Shown piece by piece: positions 11,752 to 24,034 of a stretch of DNA of 64,000 nucleotides (position 1 is the first letter of the stretch; each line of letters starts with the position of its first letter). The translations under genes were made by a program, and so were the position numbers. The stretch spans positions 14,095,884 through 14,159,883 of the forward strand of contig NC_092371.1 in NCBI RefSeq assembly GCF_030028105.1, given 5' to 3'. This stretch comes from Mobula birostris. Its lineage: Eukaryota. The notes below the pieces were generated by a model. That model saw only the letters and a program-made list of their open reading frames with translations. It did no database searches and was not told the origin of the DNA.

Positions 11752-12500
11752 TCTTCAAAGTTTAAGGTAAATTTGTTATCAAAGTCTGTATACGTCTTCA
11801 TATGCGACCCTGAGTTTCATGTTCTTACAGATATTCACAGTAGAATAAAAATGTAGAATAGATGCAGTGAAAAACTACACACAATGACTGAGAAACACAA
11901 AGACAAATAACCGCAAATAAATAAATGGATAGATTGAAAGATAGATAGATAAATAAATAAAACACACATGAATAGATAAACCAATTAAACTCAATCAATC
12001 ATAAATAGATAAACAAACGGATAAAGGTATAATGGATAAATACATAAATAATACTGAGTGCACGACTTTGAAAAGGAGAGTATAGATCATGAAATCATTT
12101 CAGACATGTGGTGATTAAAGTTATCCACTTTGGTTCAGGGGCCTGATGGTTGAACTCTTCCTGACACTTGTCGTGCTGGATCTAAGACTGTAATTGTAGA
12201 TGGGAGAGAGTTGCCTCAGCGCAAAACATATGTAAGATGACTGCAGAGACCGTTTAATTATATTAAAGTTATATCTTGCTTGACCAATAGCGTGGTCTTT
12301 ATGGAAGGTGTGACTGATAGGACGACTGCGAGTTTTAGTTCTTTGTACACACAACGAATTCAGTAACATTTCACACAAGTTACTTACGGTTACCTGACCT
12401 GCTGATTTCTTCAAGAATTTGGTGTAGAAATCTGACTTCGTCATTAATGAGGTTTTTCATGCTGGTTGGGTGGTGTTAACCTGTGCCTGGACTTCCACTG
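11752..12500 (-). mobile_element. Rex1/Babar-type 3' remnants with a degenerate GATA/TAAA-rich stretch
   Basis: Starts 'tcaaagtttaaggtaaatttgttatcaaag' (reverse tail); copy at about 43865-44600. Confidence 0.55.
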
Positions 12501-12829
12501 ACTATTAATGACCATATTAATCACTCTATTTATGGACAATAGAGAGCAACATGAGCTACAATAGAGGAAATAAATCCTTTCCATAAGGTAGAAATCCAAT
12601 GAACAATCGGGCAAATGAAGCCACTCTTGATTTACTGGAACAATTAACATTTTTAACGTTTTAAAGCATCTTTGAAAGTACAAACACTGTCAATCTGATT
12701 ATAAAATACTAAAACAGAAAAATCAATTAACATAAAGTGAATACATTAAATATTACAAAAATTAGCTTTATTTGTCATACTTGGAAATAAACATAGACAG
12801 CTGTGTGGCATCTTGTCAAATGCTTTCTG

Positions 12830-13790
12830 AAAATTCAAGTAAATGACGTCCACTGCCTCTCTTTTGTCCACACCGTTCGTTACTTCCTCGAAGAACTAAC
12901 AGAGTAGTGCAAGATTTCCTTTTGTGGAAACCATGCTGATTTTAACTTAGTTTATCATTAGTCTCCAAGTATCCCGAAACCTTATCCTTCGTCATAGACT
13001 CCAGCAATGCCCAAACACTGAGGTTAGGCTAACAGGCATGCAATTTCATTTCCGAAAGAGTGAAGTAAATTTGTAATTTTGTAGTCCTCCGGGACGATGC
13101 CAGAATGAAGTGATTCCTGAAAAATCATGACTAATGCGTCCGTTTGCTCTTCAGTAACCTCTCTCAGCCACCTTAAGACCCTTTAGTTTGTCTAGCACTT
13201 TTTCCTTTGTAATAACCGTAACATTCACTCCTGCTGCCTGACACTCACGGACCTCCGGCATAACGCTAGTGTCATCCACACTGCGGACAAATGCAATGTA
13301 CCCATTACGATCATCTGCCAGTTCTTTGTCCTCCATTACTACGTCACCAACATTATTTTTCAGTGGTCCAATATAAACTCTCAGCTCCCTTTTACTCTAC
13401 ATGTAACTGCTGATTATTCCATATCATATCATGCCTCTCCAAATATTCATAAATCCTGCCTCTAAGGATTTTCTCCATAAGCTTACCGACTGCTGAAGTA
13501 AGAGTTACTGGTCTATAATTTCCTGGGCTATCTCTACTCCGTTTCTTGAATAATGGAATAACATCCGCAAACCTCCAATCCTCCGGAACCTCTCCCGTCC
13601 CCATTGATAATGTAAAGATCACCGCCAGAAGCTCAGCAATCTCCTCCCTCGCCTCTTGCATTAGCTTGAGGTACATCTCGTCCGGGCCCAGTGACTTATC
13701 CAGCTTGATGCTTTCAAAAAACTCCTGCACATCCTTTTTCTTCGTATCTACATGCTCAAGCTTTTCAGTCCGTATTACCATCCAAACTAG
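12830..13790 (-). mobile_element. CR1 ORF2 fragments
   Basis: DKSLGPDEMYLKL..TGEVPEDWRFADVIPLFKK..GNYRPVTLTSAVGK; copy at about 44935-45880. Confidence 0.88.
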
Positions 13791-13977
13791 CAATGACCAG
13801 CTGAACTGAAATACCTGTTTCCGTGCTGTGGGATTCTGTAATTCTATGAATCTTCTTATTTGATGCCGGTTTAATAGTTCACAGTCATTTTTAATATTAT
13901 CTATGCGAGGTGGTTTGAGCTTGATGACAATTTCTATGCAACCTTTCTGAAAATGTGGGAAACGATGCGATGAAACG

Positions 13978-14130
13978 GTCTTGCATTTCTATAGCGCCTT
14001 TCATGCTCTGGATGCTGCCCAGAGGCTTTTCTTTCCCATTGCGTTTTCTGAGAAGTGCCAGTCAATGGCAAGATCATGACTGAGTGACTGTTAGGAGAAA
14101 GATAAATGTGAATAGACAGTTAGCACAGAG
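13978..14130 (-). mobile_element. L2/DeuSINE-like 3' end remnant
   Basis: Reverse complement reads tgaaaggcgctatagaaatgcaa, resembling the L2-type tail; copy at about 46070-46240. Confidence 0.45.
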
Positions 14131-14164
14131 CACCTCTGTGGCCATTCCCCTTAATAATAACTAT

Positions 14165-14645
14165 ACTGCTTTGGATACCGTTGTGGGTTGACCTCACAGG
14201 AGAACCACGGAGACCGGGTTATTGGCACTGAGCATGTATCCATGGTCCAGAAGGTAAGGAGGAAGAAGAGGGAATCGGGAGTGACAGGGGACTCAATAGT
14301 CAGAGGAACAGACAGGAAATTCAGTGGACGTGAATAGGACACCCGCATGGTATTTTGCCTCTCAGGTGCCAGAGTCAGGGACGTGTAAGATCGCCTCCAC
14401 AAAATTTTGGAGATGAAGGGAGAGCAGCCAGACATCTTGGTACATATTGGTACCAATGACATAGGAAGGAAAAGTAGAGAGGTCCTGAAAAGAGAATATA
14501 GAATGCTAGGCCTAATTTCTGGATTTCTGCCCGTGCCATAGCGCCAGTGAGGTTAGAACGAGGATGATTTGGCAAATTAAGGAGTGCACGGAGCAGGGCT
14601 TCAGGGACATTGCGATCTCTTCTGGAGGAGGCATGACCTGTTCAG
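14165..14645 (+). mobile_element. CR1 ORF1 (esterase-like) fragment
   Basis: GDSIVRGTDR..DTRMV.CL.GARV.DV motifs; copy at about 46255-46655, resuming 48080-48155. Confidence 0.8.
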
Positions 14646-14659
14646 AATACTATTGCGAG

Positions 14660-15790
14660 CTGGATCACACGGTAGCACTCAGATCTGCAGTGATGAAATA
14701 CTTGAAGAGCTTGACCATGACCAGACTGAACTCCTGCCTCAGCAAGGACCTGGACCCATTGCAATTTGCCGATCGCTGCAATAGATCACTGGCAGATGCA
14801 ATCTGAATGGCTCTTCAGACGGTTTTAGACCAGCTGGACACCACAAACAGCTACGTCAGGATGCTGTTCATTGACTACAGCTCAGCATTTAATACCGTTA
14901 TTCCCACAATCCTGACCGAGAAACTGCAGAACCTAGGCCTCTGTACATCCCTCTGCAACTGGATCCTCGACTTCCTAACCGGAAGACGATGATCTATGTG
15001 GATTGATGATAACATCATCTCTTCGCTGACGATCAGCACTGGTTGACCTCAGAGGTGTGTACTTAGCTCACCGCTCTACTCTCCATATACCCATGACCGT
15101 GTGGCTATGCATAGCTCAAATACTATCTATAAATTTGCTGATGATGCAAAAATTGTTGGACGAATTTCAGGTGGTGTCGAGAGGGCGGACAGGAGTGAGA
15201 TATGCCAACTTCCGGAAGGTAAGACGAAGGAACACACACCAATCCTCACAGAGGGATCAGAAGTGGTGAGAGTGAGCAGCTTCAATTTCCTGGTTGTCAA
15301 GATCTCTGAGGACCAAACCTGGTCCCAACATAGTAACGTAGCTATTAATAGTAAAGAAGTCAAGACAGTGGTTATGCTTCATTGGGAGTTTAAAGAGATT
15401 TGGTATGCCAAGAAATACACTCAAAACTTCGATAGATGTACTGTAGAGAGCATTCTGACAGGCTGCATCATTGTTTTAGTATGGGGTAGGGGTGGTTGTG
15501 CTACTGCACAGGACCAAATAAAGCTGCAGAAGGTTATAAATTTAATCGGCTCCATCTTGGGTACTAGCCTACAAAGTATCCAGGACATCTTCAAAGAGCG
15601 CTGTTTCAGAAAGACAGCGTCCATTATTAAGGTAGGCTAGCACCCAAGGCATGCCCTTTGCTCACTGTTACCATCGGATAGGAGATACAGAAGCTTGAAG
15701 GCGTACACTCAGCGATTCAGGAACATCTTCTTCCCCTCTGCCATCCCATTCTTAAATGGACATTGATCCCTTGGACACTAACTGATATTT
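14660..15790 (+). mobile_element. Rex1/Babar LINE RT fragment inserted in CR1 ORF1
   Basis: [45 protein letters not shown]; stops and frameshifts. Confidence 0.88.
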
Positions 15791-17454
15791 AGCTATTATT
15801 ATTAAAGTGTTCTATGACCCAATGAATCTCTTGTTGAATCCCCAAATTAGGAATGCATTGAAGTCAGCGGTATTGACAGGTTAGTGGAGGGTAACAATAT
15901 AAGGGGTTTGGCAAATTGCATTGGTGGAGTAGGTGCATTTTCATACATGCAGTGCGACAGTATTGCACTGCTAAATCGTACAATAATCTCAAAACTTCTC
16001 TGCCGAAAGCATATTGGTTTACATAATCCCACGGTCAAACAATAGCGATTCCTTCCCAGTGTATAGAGGTGACAGTGGTCACTCAAATAACCGGAGGAAA
16101 ATCGATGACCCAGTCTGTTTATTTGACTACTCTGTTCCATTCATTACAGAGTTTATTGATTTTTCACTCTTGTTGTAATGTCAGCAATTGTGACATGCGA
16201 TACGGAAATGAAAGCTCATTATTTGCTTGCTTATCGTGTCTCGTTTGATACACTTCCTTTGTATTCTCTGCTACCGCTGCATGGTCGCTCGTGGAACTTC
16301 CAGCAGCTGCTTTTCCCGCTTCTATGCCGCTTACCCACCGCCGGCTAGGCCTGTGCCCATATCCTGACCAATACATTTTAATTTATACAACTGACAAACC
16401 ACTTGGTTTCAGAATTTGCTGGGTATTATTGGGAATAGAGCTTTACATTACTCTGAGATGCTGAAACATCATCAGTATTCTGCGCATAATGTTCATATAT
16501 TTCCAAAATTCAATTTTGCCGGTGGAGTAATTCATTGCCTGAAAAAAAAACAAATCAGCTCCGCAGATTATCCAGAAGCGTTTGCACATTCGGCTTAATA
16601 ATACTTCAGAAAAATTGTGAAGACTCCCATCACGTTCTTTTCCAGAGATCTTAAACCCGCAGGTTTCTTCAGTCGATTTATTTGTGCTTCTGGCCTTAAT
16701 GTTATGTGTCAGCGGAATTTCAGTCTTTGCACCTGTTTAGGCCGTGAGCTTTTCGGCTGCGTATTTGCCGCACGAAAACCAGCAATGTGGAAGTTTCATA
16801 AAATAGGTTTAATTTCCCTACAAGTTTGAAGTTTCAACGCTGATTTTAATGTGGAAATTAAGGTGATCTGAAATGTGGTTCTGATGACTGGTTAGAAAGA
16901 AGGCGAAAACTATTGCTGCTGTTCTTGGTGACGGTTGAGGTGAGTTATGGGAAAGTTCAGAATGAGGCAGAAAACCTTGAAAACATAGACAGACTGTTCA
17001 GCAGTGGCCTTATGCAGACCCCTTCCTCAATTTCACAGACTGTAATGCGAACAAAATTAGAGGGAAAAGAAAACAATAAACGCTAGGCCAAACAGGACCG
17101 TCAAATAAAACTCTCAAATGGAAAACGAAGCCTACACTGCGGCTGGAAGGAATGACTAAATATAAAACGAATACTGCCAGTCTTCAGAGTTAGTTGACTG
17201 GACAGTCCGATTTCTTAGGCAAGGCCGAAGGTAAGCAGGCAGCCAAGCGTTGCTGTGCTGGGTTCAAATCTCGACAAGCACCATGATGGAAAGAATGGAG
17301 TCAAATATTATCACGATAAGATAATAATTAGCTGACACGTGCATATCCAGGAGATCAATTGCGTATCTTCTGCGCTGCTGAATGCGTGGTTATGAAACTA
17401 GTTGTATATGTCAGCGTGGCGATTGCTTAAATACTCCAAATTAAAGATATTTGG

Positions 17455-19445
17455 GATCAAATTTCAAAGTTCAAGGTAATTTTATTATCAAAATACACAT
17501 ATGTCACCATATACAAAGCTAAGATTCGTCTTCTTACGGGCATCGTCAGTAAGTCCACGAACCAGAACAGAATCAATGAAAGACCACACCCAATAGAATA
17601 GAAATACACTCTGTGTGCGAAAGACAAAAAACTGTGTAAATACAAAATATAAATAAAGAACTACTAATAAATAAATAACGGATACATAAAGAATATGAGA
17701 AAAGAGAGCATGGTCTGTGTGGTGGGAGTGCTCGATGATTGATGCTGCTTTCCGGGGACAGCCCCTCCTTCCGGATGTCTCAAATTGTGGGAACGGATTG
17801 AACGTGATGGACTGGACGTTAGCCGCTACTTTTTATCGGATATTCCGTGAAAGCGCATTGGTGCGTCTCCATGCCAGGCCGCGATGCAAACAGTCAATAC
17901 ACCCTCTAGTACACATCTATGGACGTTTGTAAAAGTTTTAGATGTCATGCCGATGCTTCGTAAGTTTCTAAGGAAGGAGAGACGGCACCGTGCTTTCGTT
18001 GTAACTGCACTTTCGTGCAGAGCCCAGGACAGATTCTCTGAAACAGAAACGCCGAGGATTTAATAATTGCTGACCCTCTCCACCCCTGATCGTCGAAGTA
18101 GGACTGGTTCTTGGACCTCCAGTTTCCTCCTCCTGAAGCTAATATTCAGCTCTTTCTTTTGTTTACCTTGAGTGAAAGGATGTTGTTGTGGCACCATTGA
18201 GCCAGATTTTCAATCTGTTGATTCGTTACCAGCTTTGATTGGGAAAACAACAATGGTGTCATTAGCAAACTTATTTATGGCTCGTAGCAGTGCTTAGCCT
18301 CACCTTCATAAGTGTACAGCGAGTAAAGTACACGTCCTTTTCCTGCAGACGTGCTGATGAAAATTGTGTAAGAATTGTTTTTGCTAATCCAAACGGGCTG
18401 GGGTCTAGAATTGAGGAAATCGAGGATCTAATTGCACAAGGAGGCATTAAGGCCAAGCTCCTGAAGCTTATTGGTTTAGATTTCGGGGGTGATGGTGCTG
18501 AATGCCGAACGGTCGTTGATAAAGACCAACCCGTTGTATGCATTCTTGCCGTCCAGATGCTCCAGGGGTGAGTGAGAAGGCAATGAAAAAGTACTTGATA
18601 CGCTTCTGTTATGCCAATAGACAGATTGGAGATGATCCAGGTCGTTTCTCAGGCAGCTGTTGATATGTTTCATCACCAACGTCTCAAAGCGCTTAAAAAC
18701 GGTGGATGCAATTATGCGACTGAGCGAGAGTCACTGAGGAAGATTCCGACGATCTTCGAAGGCACCGGTATAATTGAAGCCTGCTTGAAGATTGCGAGTA
18801 CATCACACTGCTAAGGCATGAGATTAGAAACATAGGCGAACACTCCAGCCAGTTCATTAGCACAGGTATTTTCATACCCGGCCAGGTACTCCATTTGGGC
18901 CCGATGCTTTCCGTGGGTTCACTCGTCTGAAGGATGCTCACACTTCAACTTCAAGACTGAGATCACAGGGCCATCATGCGCTGTAGAAGTTCCTGAACGT
19001 TCCTCCTTGTTTTGACAGTCAAATCAACTTTAGAAGGCATTGATCTCATCTGGCTCCGAAGCCCTGCTGTTGCCTATGTAACTTAGTTTCAGTTGGTAAG
19101 AGGTAATGACATTCCAGCCTTCCCACAGCTGTCAAGCATTCTCCAGTGATTGAATATTTGTCCGGAATTGCTGCATCGCCTGTGAGATGGCTGTCCGGAG
19201 ATCGTACCTGGACGTCTTGTATCTTACTGGCTTACCAGATCTGAAATCCAGTGAGCTAGCCCTCTTCAGATTGCGGATCTCATAGCTCAACCAGGGTCTC
19301 TGGTGGGGAAAGATTCTGAATGATTTTCGAAGTACTCACTCATGTACGGTTGTTTTTAGACACTCCGTGACAACCGTTCGGTGTTCATTCAGATACTCAG
19401 GTGTGGCCCAGTCCACCGACTAGAAGCAGTCCAGGGGCGATCGTC
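17455..19445 (-). mobile_element. Rex1/Babar LINE, decayed (tail at 17455)
   Basis: Reverse tail 'ttcaaagttcaaggtaattttattatc'; RT-like MVMKHINSCLRNDLD..F.D.RSAFSTI. Only the distal about 190 bp survives in B (48165-48360). Confidence 0.8.
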
Positions 19446-19499
19446 CCTTTGTTGTCCCTTTGTTGGGTACGAGGCGAGAAAACCCATCCTGTAAAAACC

Positions 19500-19845
19500 T
19501 AGAGCCAGAGCGTGGATCAGCACTTGAAGCTATGATGTTGTGTCCATCGCAGAGACTTGGATGGTGCAGGGGCAGGAATGGCTACTTCAAGTGCCAGGCG
19601 TTAGATGTTTCAGAAAGCACAGGGAGGGAGGCAAAAGAGGTCGGAGCGTGATTAGAGACAGTGTCACGGCTGCAGAAAAGGAGGAAGCCAAGGAGGGGTT
19701 GTCTACAGAGTCTCATATGGGTGGAAATTAGCAATAGGAAGGGGTCAATAACTCTACTGGGTGTTTTTTATAGACAGCCCAACAGTAAAAGGGACATCGA
19801 GGAGCAGATAGGGAAACAGAGTCTGGAGAGGAGTAATAATGACAA
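19500..19845 (+). mobile_element. CR1 endonuclease fragment
   Basis: YDVV.I.ETW, WVEI.NRKG..TLLGVFYRQPNS; copy at about 48435-48770. Confidence 0.8.
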
Positions 19846-19849
19846 GGTT

Positions 19850-20430
19850 AACACGAGGAAATCTGCAGATGCTGGAATTTCAAGCAACACACATAAAAAA
19901 ATGCTGGTGAACGTAGCAGGCCAGGCAGCATCTATAGGAAGAGGTACAGTCGACGTTTCGGTCCGAGTTCCTTCGTGAGGACTAACTGAAAGAAGAGATA
20001 GTAAGACAGTTGGAAGTGGGACGGGAGGGGGAGATCCGAAATGATAGGAGAAGGCAGGAGGGGGAAAGGATGGAGCTAAGACCTGGAAAGTAGATTAGCA
20101 AAAGGGATATGAGAGAATCATGGGACGGGAGACCGAGGGAGAAAGAAAGGGGGAGGGAGGAAGCCAAGAGAATGGGTAAGGAGTATAGTGAGAGGGACAG
20201 AGGCAGAAAAATGAGAGAGAGAGAGAGAGAGAAAAAAAATAATAATAAATAAATAAATAAATAACGGATTGGGTACGGAGGGGAGGTGGGGCATTCACGG
20301 AAGTTACTGAAGTCAATGTTCATACCATCAGGTTGAAGGTTACCCAGACGGAAAATTAGGTATTGTTCCTCCAACCTGAGTGTGGCTTCCTCTTGACAGC
20401 AGGGGAGGCCACGGATAGACATATCAGAAA
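19850..20430 (-). mobile_element. Penelope-like element fragment (terminal repeat + GIY-YIG C-terminus)
   Basis: EATLRLEEQYLIFRLGNLQPDGMNIDFSNFR; terminal repeat 'gatgctggaatttcaagcaacacac..cagcatc'. Confidence 0.88.
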
Positions 20431-20761
20431 GCGCACCAGTCAGTTGCTGAGTATATTCATGAACGCGGTTGAGAGATTTTGGATGTGAGGACAAATAATT
20501 TTTATCAAGTCAAGTCAAGTCACTTTTTATTGTCATTTCAACCATAAATGATGTGTCGGTATTGCAGTGGAGTAAAGGAAATTATAGTGGCATGAGAGAG
20601 GAATTGGCCAAAGTTGACTGGAAAGGGAAACTGGCGGGAAGGAAGGCAGAGCAGCAGTGGCTGGAGTTTATGCGAGAAGTGAGGAAAGTGCAAGACAGGT
20701 ATATTCCAAAAAAGAAGATATTTTCGAATGGAAAAAGGATGCAACCGTGGCTGACAAGAGA

Positions 20762-21225
20762 CGTCTCCTTATTCCCTTTGATGGCGACACACCTGGTTCA
20801 CATCAAGACCTGCAGCTTAAAAACCCAGGTTTTGCATCCACTAGTTGCCAGATCGTTGTTTAGCCAGTGTGGTAATTAACGTCCCGGGCCGCTTAGGATC
20901 GTGTATTCTAAGTTCTACTTCAGTACCGAGGTTTACTTGTGTAACTCTGTCTTTCCGTGTCAAGATAAGTATGATAAGTTTTACTTCAGAACTGAGGTTT
21001 TCCTGTGCAACTCCGTCTTTCCGTGTCAAGAACAACATTGTCTTCCGCTTGCGTTTCTACGCATCGTGTCAAGATAAGGGTTGCCTGCCGCCTGCTTTTC
21101 TGTTTGCCGTTCAACTCCAACAACGCTTCGTGTCAGGTTCCGGCTACGGTCACGCCCTCGTCTGCACCCTAACCCTATCTCCGTGCCAGTGTCCTGCGTT
21201 TGGGTTCGCCCCGCTCCTTGTAACA
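20762..21225 (+). mobile_element. Gypsy-type LTR remnant interrupting a CR1 fragment (CR1 about 20550-20760)
   Basis: Ends 'gtgtcctgcgtttgggttc..tgtaaca'; internal direct repeat of about 65 bp; left TG end not identifiable. Confidence 0.55.
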
Positions 21226-21269
21226 GTTAAAGGCAGGGAGAAAAGATTTAAAACCACTGTGAAACTTCC

Positions 21270-21405
21270 TTATTAGTTTGGTCCTGAAGAAGGGTCTTGG
21301 CCCGAAACGTTGACAGTTTATTAATTTCCATAGATGTTACCTGTCCTGCTGAGTTCCTCCAGATTCTTGTTTGTGTTGCTTTGGATATCCAGCATCTACA
21401 GAATT
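21270..21405 (+). mobile_element. Solo Penelope-like terminal repeat
   Basis: Hammerhead motif followed by 'tagatgttacctgtcctgctgagttcctccag..ccagcatctacaga'. Confidence 0.75.
21281..21314 (+). ncRNA. Minimal type I hammerhead ribozyme motif (PLE-associated)
   Basis: GUC-CUGAAGA-A-GGG UCUUGG CCC-GAAA-CGUU/GAC: core intact, stem I 3 bp, loopless stem III, one extra A before stem II. Confidence 0.65.
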
Positions 21406-23049
21406 TATTTTGTTCATAATTCTGGTGCTGTAAAGATCTCTGATTTGTCCTCAGCTCTTTATATTCCATTTAAATATCAGGCACATTCTCAGGGGTTATA
21501 TATCAAGTATAATGTATCCAAAGCTGCTGACTGTAGAAAAACGGGCAGGAACGTGACTGGGAAATTGAATTATCCATAAAAAGGATATCAATCCGTCATA
21601 AGAGGAAACTTAGGTATCATATGGACAACTATAAGATTGTTGACTGCATAATTCACACGCAGCTTGGGGCTTTCGGGTAGAAAACTTCTCTTTCATGGTC
21701 CTGCGTGTTTGTGCACTGCATTTGCGAATGCTTTTCGTATTTGGTATCGTTAACTTTGTGATTTCTGTTTCATCTTGTCAAGTTTATGTTGATTGGCACG
21801 GGTTTTCTGCGTATTGATGCTATTTAAGGCGGATTCCTCATTTGCACTTATGGTGGTGTCCTGGTTTTTCGCGAATGATTCATCTCGGTGGTGCTCAGAC
21901 AAGACATCAATGTTCTGTTGGAATTACTATGAATACGCTCTTGTTTCAGTCTCTACATGAGAGTATGTAGTTCCTCCGCCCCCGATTCAGTCGTTTGTCA
22001 GCGTACACAGTGGCAGTCGCTTCCTGAGCCACAAATGAACACAGCGGAGTTTCAGCAGCCGCTTGGATAACGGTTAGCTGGAGGCGATCGTCCCTTATAT
22101 TCTCAGTTCTCGTGTCGAGTCTCTGTTACAAGTTTTCCTATGACTTCCACTGACCGACAGGTATCCGAGGAATATTCCATATTATCGAGATAATGCCATG
22201 TTACTGATGTTATCGAGAGCATCAGGTCTGTCTCGAGTTTATCAGTCCAGTCTCCAAAGTATCCGCTCTGTCTCAAGTTTCCCAGCGCATTCTCGAGAGC
22301 ATCCTGTCTGTTTCGAATTCACAAGCCCTGGATCGAGTAACCTAGGGCTCCTTGGGACGGCAGATGCCGGCCTTGGGGAATGATGTATTGCCATCAGCCA
22401 TACGGGGCTGTGAACGTGTCTTTGTTAATTGTTGTTTTATCTAGAGTCATTAGCCCATTTTGCCTTCTGTTTAATCTTGTCAAGTTTTTTTTTGACTGAC
22501 ACGTGTTTTCTGTGTACTATGGTTCTTGAAAGTAGATTCTGGTGTGTCGAGAAAGTTAAATGCCCTTGGTGCTCAAACACTTTATCAGGGCAGTATCAGT
22601 TTTCTTTTTCGAGGATTGAATTATTCCATCAACATGTCCGATAAGATAGTGGGGGCGGCTTGTGGTGGGGTGGGGGTTGCAACTGAGAACTCCGGGTGCT
22701 CGAAGTTCCGCTGGTGAACATGTGGTGGCGGTAGAGAGCTATCGAGGACCCGAGTTGATCGTAACCTTCCAAAGCAGCGTCAGCAACGCAAAATAGGGTG
22801 AGGTTTGCACTTCGATTGCGCCAAGCCGAATTTCAGCAGCACAACAGGAGCTTTACACCAGTTAATTCATTGATGTAGTCATTCCTGTAATATATTAAGC
22901 AGGGAATCACGTTCCTAACCGGATGATCAATTTTGCTAAAGTTTTTGTGGGATCGTTGTTAACACTGGTCATAATGCTCTACTTTCCTTAAGGGTTGAAT
23001 ACAATTGAGTGATATAGGAATTAAATTCTTTCACCTTACAGAAATACAC

Positions 23050-23590
23050 CCAGTGGCCACTTACTTTGTACACCAATATACCCGATCATTAATGCAAATA
23101 TCTAATTAGTCAATCAAGTGGCAAGAACGCATTGTATCAATGTAGGCATATATAATCAAGAGGTTCAGTTGTTGGATGGACCACACAACTGAATGGAGAA
23201 GAAAAGTGAATTTGATCGGGATAATATTTGGTGCCAGATGGAGCGGTTTGAGTATTTCGGAAACCGCTGCTCTCCTGGAATTTTCACACACAGCTGTTAC
23301 TAGATTTAACAGAGAATGATGCCAAAAAATATACAATGAAACAATTAAAGAAAAACATCCAGTGATCAGCAGCTCTATGGGCTGAAACGCCTTGTTAAAT
23401 AGAGAAGTCAGTGGAGAATAGTCGGACAGGTTCAAGCTGACAGCAAGGTGACGGTAACTTGATTGTATTAACACTGTTGCGCACGCAAGGGGTTTCAACA
23501 GTGATGAAGAAGAGGAGCTCTGAACGAAAAATATGTCGAACAGCAGCAGGCCATGAACATGCAGGAGGTACCTGATAAAGAGGTAACAGT
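23050..23590 (+). mobile_element. Tc1/mariner-type deletion derivative
   Basis: Starts 'cagtggccactta..tacacc'; transposase N-terminal remnant ('ggtgccagatggagcggtttgagtatttcggaaaccgct'); degenerate 'gtacctgataaag' right end; unit A only. Confidence 0.7.
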
Positions 23591-24034
23591 AGAGATTACT
23601 ATTATTTTTCCTCCATTGCCTCTTCCCAATCCGCCTAATTACCGCTGACATCGAATAACTCGCTGATTTCGTTACATTTTGGATATGCTGGTGGGAGCAT
23701 ATTCATACCTTAACAGTTCACGTGAGTCAAGTGAAAGAGGATACCCAGAACTGATACACAGGTGCAGAAAATTAACAACACACGAGACCTGTTACAATGG
23801 GGAGTAGTAAAGACATTCGGCTACTTCAGCCTGCAACGGAGGAAAACACGGGGGCGTTCGGTTCGACAAGCACAGTGTAGAGAGGAAATATTTGAGCCCC
23901 TTCCGTCACCATCATTACTGGGGAATAGTAGTAGGAGCTTTTTCCATCATAGGCATCAAAACTAGATGTGCAATTCATTGCCACAGACAGCTATGAAAGC
24001 TTCGTCATTGGGTATATTTAAAGCGGAATGCGAT

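Noticed and set aside
16164-16376. Minus-strand ORF with VH-like spacing (MYW-10aa-WVSGI)
   Set aside because: No RQAPG-like FR2, no flanking cysteines and no YYC; most likely chance.
23092-23099. Perfect octamer ATGCAAAT
   Set aside because: Lies inside the Tc1 remnant, far from any V exon, and is absent from unit B.
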